Assembly: GCA_045531405.1 (NCBI GenBank)
Contig: JAZSDX010000053.1
Location: 13,582 to 77,581, forward strand
Direction of reading: 5' to 3'
Length of the DNA: 64,000 nt
Source of the DNA: Muribaculaceae bacterium
GTDB taxonomy: Bacteria > Bacteroidota > Bacteroidia > Bacteroidales > Muribaculaceae
Part shown: positions 57,428-64,000 of the stretch, in pieces
Layout: each line of letters opens with the position of its first letter
How positions within the stretch are numbered: position 1 is the first letter of the stretch
The notes under the pieces: generated by a model
Databases searched by the model: none
Told to the model about the DNA's origin: nothing
The model's input: only the letters and a program-made list of their open reading frames with translations
Position numbers and translations under genes: made by a program

Positions 57428-58642
57428 TTATAAAAAACACTCAACATTTATTTTATATAATTTTCTATTACCATCGTGCCCCGATTCAAAATACACCTTT
57501 GTTCCTTGCATATTCCACTTAGGATGCAAGTCTATACGTCTAGAGCCCTTATATTTCAATGGTTGATAGAAACGACCAAGACAAATTAGATTATCTGTCT
57601 TGATATTATAAAGATATAATCGCGACATTGCATCGTGTCCGGGATAACTATCTGTTATCATCCACTCTCCATGATTGATTGTCGATGGATGTCCATCAGT
57701 TTTTGGAAGTTTTGTTGATAATAATTTACGATTATCAGTTTTATCCTCAAATATCACATACGCATCTCCTGTTTCGGGAGTATGGCAAAATGAAACAATT
57801 CTTTTTTCATCTACCCAATATGAGTGAGAAGTCATCTTGTTTCCGTTGAGAATAAACATATCCGAGCCATCGGCATTTGCAGTAATCAATCGCATATACC
57901 GACCTTTAGGGCCGACCCAACGATGAAGAAACATAAAGCGTTTGCCATCGGGAGCAATATCAATATGATTAACTTTATGCATAGCACCCTCCATTGTTTC
58001 CACAGGCTGCATATCTATAAGTTGCTGCAACGTGATTATCAATTTCACCTCTTTTGTTGCCACATTAATGTGCCATATCCCATCAGCATCATTAGCCGGC
58101 ATATCCATTGTTTTATGACAGAAATAACCATAATCGGGACGCATTACGGCTAATCGATCAAAATTTAGCGACAACGCATAATCTTCTTGTTTTGAGAGCG
58201 CATATATAGGCATTGGCAACGTGTCAATTTCCGTTTGGGTATCAGCATCATAAACCACCCCTTCATATTTATCAGTTGATTGATTATAACGATTGTAATA
58301 TGCACGATTGGGGTTTGAATACCCCCATTGCGACATACACCCTTGTTGAAGATTATACGACATTGTCTCCCCTATCTCATGCTCTCCGTCGGAATCTCGA
58401 TAATAAAGTGCCACCTTATTTTTACCTTTAGGCACACAGTAAAGCACTTGCCCATTATCATTTTCGGGCGACACATTATAATATCCAAAATAAGACATAG
58501 GAAATTCTGAGACAGCGCTCAAATTCAATTCTTGAGATACTACCTCAGTTGAATTATAAAAGCCTTGTTTTATGTATCTTAAATAGATATAACGCGCATA
58601 GGCATAAGGGGGGCGCAAAATCACTTTTGCTATTTTTTTCAT
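57428..58642 (-). CDS. Cytoplasmic TolB-like beta-propeller protein of unknown function
   Basis: 404 aa. No signal peptide (MKKIAKVILRPPYAYARYIYLRY). PD40-like motifs (DIAPDGKRFMFLHRW, ITANADGSDMFIL, LHPKWNMQGTKVYFESGHDGNRKLYKI). Confidence 0.6.
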   Translation of the reverse strand: MKKIAKVILRPPYAYARYIYLRYIKQGFYNSTEVVSQELNLSAVSEFPMSYFGYYNVSPENDNGQVLYCVPKGKNKVALYYRDSDGEHEIGETMSYNLQQGCMSQWGYSNPNRAYYNRYNQSTDKYEGVVYDADTQTEIDTLPMPIYALSKQEDYALSLNFDRLAVMRPDYGYFCHKTMDMPANDADGIWHINVATKEVKLIITLQQLIDMQPVETMEGAMHKVNHIDIAPDGKRFMFLHRWVGPKGRYMRLITANADGSDMFILNGNKMTSHSYWVDEKRIVSFCHTPETGDAYVIFEDKTDNRKLLSTKLPKTDGHPSTINHGEWMITDSYPGHDAMSRLYLYNIKTDNLICLGRFYQPLKYKGSRRIDLHPKWNMQGTKVYFESGHDGNRKLYKINVECFL

Positions 58643-60099
58643 TTTTTCCTGAGCCTTGATTTTAATTCGACTGCAAGGTACTCAAAAATTTCGACTTTAG
58701 CAACTTTCATAACCGTCAAATACACCATAATGAAACAAATTATTTGCACCACGAGTAGCGATATATAATGAATCCCAGGAATATAAGTAAGCAAATATGC
58801 CGATGCCGATGCAATTAATGCTATTATTAAGTTAGGCAATACATCTCGCAATTGTTGCAAAATCCCATACCCGGTGTATTTCCCTGTAAAATATCCATTC
58901 AAGAAAAACTCAATAAATGAATTTATGGCCAAAGCCCACATTATACTCATAGCACCATATCCAAGTAGAATAAATCCAAAAATCATGCACAAACCAAGAA
59001 TTTTTTTGATTATTTCAAGATACAATACTATCCCACTCTGTCCCACTGCTTTTATCGCATTTATATTAGTGTTATGAATCACCAACAATAACCCAAAGCC
59101 ACCACACAACCATTGGAAATATGGCACAGAATCTAACCATTGTTCTCCTAAGACCAAAAGGAATATTGATTTTGCCATTATCACCAAACACATCATTAAT
59201 GGAAAATTCAAGAATGTCAATATTTTAAGACTCCGTCTCAATCCTCTTACTAATTGTTCTTTGTCATCTTGCAATTGGGAAAATACTGGAAATGTCACTT
59301 GATTTACAATCGTAACAATCGCACCGACAGGAACATCTTGAAGATGTTTTGCTTGCGAATAATATCCCACTTCTGCTTTCGGAAAAAATTTTCCAATTAT
59401 TAGCACTTGTAAATTGCGATATGCCTCACTCAACAAACTTGCGAATAATAATTTTGCGCCATAGCCAAACAAGTCCATAAATGACACTTTACTAAATACC
59501 AACACTGGACGCCAAGATGACAACAGCCACAACAACAGCGTTTTCACAATACTAAACGCCATATATTGCAATACTAACGACCACACTCCCATTCCTAATA
59601 TTGCAGCGACAATCGCAATAACAGTAGAGAACAAGGCGGCACCCACCTTTACAATCGTAATGCGCTTAAAATCGACATTCTTCATCAACAGATTATTCTG
59701 CACTGCGCCAAAAGCATCAACGACCACCACTAATCCCAATACCTTTATAAGCTGTGATAGTAATTCTTGGTCATAAAATGCTGCTATTGCATTGGCTCCA
59801 AAAAACAATGCCCCATAACAAACTATTGCCACTGCTATATTTGTATAAAATACAGTAGAGCTATCAATTGTTGTGATTTTTTGTCGCTGAATTAAAGCAT
59901 TCCCAAGACCTCCATCAATCAGTATTTGCGAAATCATCACAAATGCCATCAATATACCCACAAGTCCAAAATCTTCGGGTGTTAACATTCTCGCCAATAC
60001 CACATTGGCAGTAAATAATATTAATAGCGACCCAAAGCGCTCGCAAAAACTCCAAAATACTCCTTTTACGGCTTTTTGCTTTATATCTTCTTGCGACAT
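58639..60099 (-). CDS. wzx: Wzx-type oligosaccharide flippase (MOP superfamily)
   Basis: 486 aa. About 12-14 TM helices. N-terminus KGVFWSFCERFGSLLILFTANVVLARMLTPEDFG is typical of polysaccharide flippases. Confidence 0.88.
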   Translation of the reverse strand: MSQEDIKQKAVKGVFWSFCERFGSLLILFTANVVLARMLTPEDFGLVGILMAFVMISQILIDGGLGNALIQRQKITTIDSSTVFYTNIAVAIVCYGALFFGANAIAAFYDQELLSQLIKVLGLVVVVDAFGAVQNNLLMKNVDFKRITIVKVGAALFSTVIAIVAAILGMGVWSLVLQYMAFSIVKTLLLWLLSSWRPVLVFSKVSFMDLFGYGAKLLFASLLSEAYRNLQVLIIGKFFPKAEVGYYSQAKHLQDVPVGAIVTIVNQVTFPVFSQLQDDKEQLVRGLRRSLKILTFLNFPLMMCLVIMAKSIFLLVLGEQWLDSVPYFQWLCGGFGLLLVIHNTNINAIKAVGQSGIVLYLEIIKKILGLCMIFGFILLGYGAMSIMWALAINSFIEFFLNGYFTGKYTGYGILQQLRDVLPNLIIALIASASAYLLTYIPGIHYISLLVVQIICFIMVYLTVMKVAKVEIFEYLAVELKSRLRKK

Positions 60100-60121
60100 C
60101 TATTTGCTTTGATTATTCCAA

Positions 60122-61390
60122 TTATAGTTTCCCATCGGCACAGCCATCGAGCATCCACTTCACATCGTAAACTACACTATTTTCGTTTACAATAGTTTTT
60201 ACGTCGAGTGATTTAAACTCATTGTGAGCCACAGCCACTATTGCCGCATCATATTTTTCACCCTCGGGCAATTCATTATTAATTTCCACGCCATATTCGT
60301 GTTGTGCGACTTTAGCATTAGCCCATGGATCATATACCATTACATCAATATTATATTCTTTCAATGCAGTATATATATCAATGACTTTAGTATTTCGAAC
60401 ATCGGGGCAATTTTCTTTAAATGTGAAGCCCAATAACGCAATGCGACTGCCATTTACTTGAATACCTTTCTTAATCATCAATTTAACGACTTGTGATGCC
60501 ACATATTCACCCATACTGTCATTCATGCGACGACCGGCAAGAATAATTTCGGGATTATAGCCATAGCGTTGTGCACACATTGCCAAATAATAAGGGTCAA
60601 CGCCAATACAATGTCCACCAACCAATCCGGGTCGGAATGGCAAGAAATTCCATTTTGTTCCTGCTGCCTCAAGCACTGCTTGGGTATCAACACCCATGAG
60701 ATTGAATATTTTTGCCAATTCGTTGACAAATGCAATATTTATGTCACGCTGTGAATTTTCTATAACTTTGGCTGCCTCAGCGACTTTGATTGTTGGAGCG
60801 AGGTGTGTGCCGGCTGTGATTACCGAAGAATATACCTCATCAACAATCTTACCTATCTCAGGAGTAGAACCCGATGTCACTTTTTTAATTTTTTCTACCG
60901 TATGAAGTTTATCTCCGGGATTGATACGTTCGGGAGAATATCCGGCATAGAAATCAACATTATATTTCAACCCCGACACACGTTCCACAACCGGAATACA
61001 TTCATCTTCGGTTACTCCGGGATATACTGTTGACTCATATACTACAATATCATCTTTTGCAATAACTTTACCAACGGTTTCGCTTGCGCCATATAGAGGA
61101 GTTAAATCCGGATTGTTATCTCGGTCAACCGGTGTTGGCACTGCTACCACATAGAAATTGCAATCACGAATTTCTTCTACGTCGGCCGTACATCTAAATC
61201 CGTTAACGATAGCCTCCTGCAACAAATCATCAGCTACTTCGAGAGTAGCATCATGACCTTGCATAAGAGCGTCAACACGAGCTTTGTTCATATCAAAGCC
61301 CACTGTAGTATATTTTGTTGAGAACAAGCGAGCCAAAGGAAGCCCCACATATCCCAATCCGATTACTGCAATCTTAATATTCTTATTCAT
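60122..61390 (-). CDS. UDP-N-acetyl-hexosamine 6-dehydrogenase (TviB/WbpO/WecC-type nucleotide-sugar dehydrogenase)
   Basis: ATG at 61390 ([20 protein letters not shown]). Catalytic region [11 protein letters not shown]. About 422 aa. Confidence 0.88.
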   Translation of the reverse strand: MNKNIKIAVIGLGYVGLPLARLFSTKYTTVGFDMNKARVDALMQGHDATLEVADDLLQEAIVNGFRCTADVEEIRDCNFYVVAVPTPVDRDNNPDLTPLYGASETVGKVIAKDDIVVYESTVYPGVTEDECIPVVERVSGLKYNVDFYAGYSPERINPGDKLHTVEKIKKVTSGSTPEIGKIVDEVYSSVITAGTHLAPTIKVAEAAKVIENSQRDINIAFVNELAKIFNLMGVDTQAVLEAAGTKWNFLPFRPGLVGGHCIGVDPYYLAMCAQRYGYNPEIILAGRRMNDSMGEYVASQVVKLMIKKGIQVNGSRIALLGFTFKENCPDVRNTKVIDIYTALKEYNIDVMVYDPWANAKVAQHEYGVEINNELPEGEKYDAAIVAVAHNEFKSLDVKTIVNENSVVYDVKWMLDGCADGKL

Positions 61391-61401
61391 AACATTCAAT
61401 T

Positions 61402-62379
61402 TTATTTAAGATTATTCCAATACCAACCGCAAGCCTCTTTCAACCCTTCTTTCATACTAAATTTTGGATCGTAACCCAATAATTGTTTTGCCTTATCTAC
61501 ACATGCGAGTGAATGAGGTATATCTCCTACTCGATTAGGTCCATGAGTAGGTATCACATTTGCTATTTCGGCATCGTATTGTGACAAGTATTCTTTTAAA
61601 TATTCTACCAATTGATTCAATGTTGTGCGCTCACCATAGGCCGTGTTATAAATTTGATTTACGGCAGCGCTCCCCGGCTCAGCTTGAAGAGCGAGGTCAT
61701 TCATTTGTATCACGTTGTCAATATATGTAAAATCACGACTATATTCACCATCGCCATTGATATTAGGGGCCTCATAAGCCATAAACTTCTTCACAAACAA
61801 TGGGATTACCGCTGCATATGCTCCATTAGGATCTTGACGACGACCAAACACATTGAAATAACGCAATCCGATAAACTCAAGACCATATGTGCGTGCGAAC
61901 ACATCGGCATATAATTCGTTCACGTATTTAGTAATTGCATAGGGAGAAAGCGGACGTCCAATTACATCTTCCACCTTAGGTAATGACTCACTATCACCAT
62001 ACGTTGAAGAACTTGCAGCAAATACAAATCGTTTCACTCCTGCATCACGCGATGCTACAAGCATATTTAGAAATCCTCCTACATTAACATCATTAGATGT
62101 AATAGGATCTTTAACCGAACGAGGCACAGAACCTAATGCCGCTTCATGAAGCACATATTCCATACCTTCAACTGCCTTGCGACAATCATCAAGGTTACGA
62201 ATATCCCCCACAATCAGCTTGAATGTGTCAGGGTATTGTTCAATCAAAGGCAATAAATTCTCGATATGTCCTGTTGCAAAATTATCAAGACACGCCACAT
62301 AATCACCTTTTGCTAAAAGGTATTCACATAAATTTGAGCCAATAAAACCGGCTCCTCCGGTTACTAATATCTTGCGCAT
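61402..62379 (-). CDS. NAD-dependent nucleotide-sugar 4-epimerase (TviC/WbpP-like SDR)
   Basis: 325 aa. [10 protein letters not shown] Rossmann motif. YAITK catalytic YxxxK. Confidence 0.88.
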   Translation of the reverse strand: MRKILVTGGAGFIGSNLCEYLLAKGDYVACLDNFATGHIENLLPLIEQYPDTFKLIVGDIRNLDDCRKAVEGMEYVLHEAALGSVPRSVKDPITSNDVNVGGFLNMLVASRDAGVKRFVFAASSSTYGDSESLPKVEDVIGRPLSPYAITKYVNELYADVFARTYGLEFIGLRYFNVFGRRQDPNGAYAAVIPLFVKKFMAYEAPNINGDGEYSRDFTYIDNVIQMNDLALQAEPGSAAVNQIYNTAYGERTTLNQLVEYLKEYLSQYDAEIANVIPTHGPNRVGDIPHSLACVDKAKQLLGYDPKFSMKEGLKEACGWYWNNLK

Positions 62380-62384
62380 ATATT

Positions 62385-63698
62385 TTATATCGTTTCAATC
62401 GTTTTCTTCTCGTTAGGTTCCCAACGCAATGCTTGCGTAAATATATAAAAAAGAATAAATGTAGGACAATTATATGCAAAAAGGTCATTATAGCACAATA
62501 TTATGAGCACCAGTATTACAACATATGCCATTATACCTAATTCTTGAGCATTATCCTTCTGTCTCAAACCAATCAATTTAATCCATAACCACACAAAGAA
62601 CAACAATGCAAATACTCCTAATTGAATATACATCTGATAACTATATGGAATAGACCCCTTCAATAGCCATTCATTCTCCTTATAAAATGTTGATCGTTCA
62701 ATATTTGTCCCTCCCTTAAAATGCCCTATACCATATCCAGTAATAGCATGTCCTGGATATTCTGCATTTAATTCGGGAATAAGAGCTATTTTGGTAAAAC
62801 GAGGCAAATCATTCGTTCCATCAATTGCCAAATCCTCGCCACTCTCATGTAATGCCTCCATCCAATCGACGATGTCATTATCATCTCCAGCAAAGAGATA
62901 TTCATTTAAGTAGTAATCTACTGAAGTTATATCATCTTTATTACCTGTTGCCATCGTATACACATTGAACAATATTACTAGCACTACAATAACAAACGGA
63001 AATGATGCTATCAATCTAACGAACATACGGCGATCTACAGGCATTAGCAATATAAAATACATTACAAAGAATATAAAGCTAATTTTGGTTTCATTCATGA
63101 ACGTGGGATACAACAATATTACCAGCCATTTATTTTCTATCAATGAGCCCACATATCTATTTGGCTCCATTCGCTTTTTCATTAAATAAAATGATATAAC
63201 ATATATCAATATTGACACAATTCCAGAACATCCATTTCCCATAGAGCCCCCTCCATGATCATTGGCTCCATATTTAAGGAACTGGAACATAATACAAATA
63301 GCCTGAACAATCAAAAATATAAATAATTGCTTGTCAAACTTTTCAATAAAGGTTTTTTCTTGACTACTATTATAGAGATAGCGCAATATAGGTATCAATG
63401 ATATTAAAAAAACAAATTCACGAATTCCGTTAAGATAAAATACTACAGCACATTTGTTGTATATACATGTTATCCAAAATGTTATAGCGAGGAATGATAC
63501 TACAAAGATTTTATCCCATTTATCTTTTAAGGTCCAAAATCCTAAGAACAGCATAGCCACATCAATTAAGAAAAAAACGCCCGATTTAGCTCCTAATAAA
63601 AATGGCATTAATTCTTCACTTATAAAACCAAAAGTGCACCACACCCAAAAGAGTGTGAGCACCAAGTTCATTACTATTTTTGATTTACTTAATAGCAT
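62385..63698 (-). CDS. wzy: Wzy-like polysaccharide polymerase (polytopic membrane protein)
   Basis: 437 aa. At least 10 hydrophobic helices with one large loop (DDITSVDYYLNEYLFAGDDNDIVDWMEALHESGEDLAIDGT). Positioned between the chain-length kinase and sugar-precursor genes. Confidence 0.6.
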   Translation of the reverse strand: MLLSKSKIVMNLVLTLFWVWCTFGFISEELMPFLLGAKSGVFFLIDVAMLFLGFWTLKDKWDKIFVVSFLAITFWITCIYNKCAVVFYLNGIREFVFLISLIPILRYLYNSSQEKTFIEKFDKQLFIFLIVQAICIMFQFLKYGANDHGGGSMGNGCSGIVSILIYVISFYLMKKRMEPNRYVGSLIENKWLVILLYPTFMNETKISFIFFVMYFILLMPVDRRMFVRLIASFPFVIVVLVILFNVYTMATGNKDDITSVDYYLNEYLFAGDDNDIVDWMEALHESGEDLAIDGTNDLPRFTKIALIPELNAEYPGHAITGYGIGHFKGGTNIERSTFYKENEWLLKGSIPYSYQMYIQLGVFALLFFVWLWIKLIGLRQKDNAQELGIMAYVVILVLIILCYNDLFAYNCPTFILFYIFTQALRWEPNEKKTIETI

Positions 63699-63757
63699 TT
63701 ATTCTTAAAGAGACACAGAGATAACCATTTGTTGCGATCTCTATGTTGTGTATTGTC

Positions 63758-64000
63758 TTAATTATCCTCTTTTGAACCATAGCCATAGCCGTAGCCATGT
63801 GAAAGTTTAGGATTGGTATCGTTGACAACGACAGCTACATTTTTAAGTTGACCACGTTCAACCACTGAGTTTAGATACTTTATAAAGCTTTTCTTGGTAT
63901 AATTTGCACGTGACACATAAAGTGTAACATCACTAAATCGTCCTAATGAGAATGTATCTGACACCAATCCAATTGGAGCTGAATCTATAATCACAAAATC
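63758..64000 (-). CDS. C-terminus of a polysaccharide co-polymerase tyrosine autokinase (Wzc/BY-kinase; partial, continues beyond the window end)
   Basis: IIDSAPIGLVSDT (Walker B-like). NVAVVVND. Tyr-rich tail SHGYGYGYGSKEDN. Confidence 0.8.
   Translation of the reverse strand, partial: DFVIIDSAPIGLVSDTFSLGRFSDVTLYVSRANYTKKSFIKYLNSVVERGQLKNVAVVVNDTNPKLSHGYGYGYGSKEDN

Noticed and set aside
1-64000. Search for CRISPR arrays, tRNA/rRNA genes, IS elements, integrases, long direct repeats or prophage genes.
   Set aside because: I saw no regularly spaced repeats, cloverleaf-like conserved tRNA motifs, transposase or integrase-like ORFs, or terminal inverted repeats. The window appears to be stable chromosome apart from the surface-protein and CPS loci.

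Overview
This is a chromosomal segment of a Bacteroidales-type (Bacteroidota) genome. The assignment rests on a SusC/SusD pair, Bacteroides-style TAnnTTTG -7 boxes, three T9SS C-terminal sorting domains, and Gln directly after most predicted signal-peptidase I sites. No rRNA, tRNA, CRISPR array, integrase or transposase was seen.

Gene order:
- 1-5066 (-): SusC/SusD nutrient-uptake pair plus the start of a downstream lipoprotein.
- 5700-12080 (+): ilvD-ilvB-ilvN-(acyl-ACP thioesterase)-ilvC operon, preceded by a Val-rich 14-codon leader ORF and alternative hairpins.
- 12100-23150 (+): cobalamin riboswitch, BtuB-like TonB-dependent receptor, a beta-propeller lipoprotein, a second lipoprotein, and two large proteins ending in T9SS sorting domains (610 aa and about 1437 aa).
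- 23173-26669 (-): convergent operon of a TolB-like propeller and a T9SS-secreted Amidase_3-family protein.
- 26.7-27.9 kb: a decayed AT-rich stretch holding a frameshifted relic of a T9SS cargo gene.
- 27.9-37.9 kb: housekeeping genes (ilvE, HD hydrolase, cytidylate-kinase-like, POT peptide transporter, SufE, M28/glutaminyl-cyclase-like lipoprotein), then a fused ABC-ATPase/DUF4435 (Toprim-like) gene whose stop overlaps the menA start, a Fic protein and a small OM beta-barrel.
- 38.3-50.3 kb: tandem ABC ATPase, an outer-membrane biogenesis block (LptD-like, TamA-like, TamB-like) and DJ-1/PfpI.
- 50.5-52.7 kb: an OmpR-type two-component system.
- 52.7-64.0 kb (-): the distal part of a Wzx/Wzy capsule or O-antigen locus. 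It holds the C-terminus of a tyrosine kinase, Wzy, a TviC-like epimerase, a TviB-like dehydrogenase, Wzx, a cytoplasmic propeller protein, four glycosyltransferases and one glycosyltransferase 3' relic.

The most unusual part is the riboswitch-controlled B12 locus. Its accessory genes are T9SS cargo, and its largest gene looks like a fusion of the modules encoded by the two genes before it.

All family calls come from reading motifs by eye. No database search was run.
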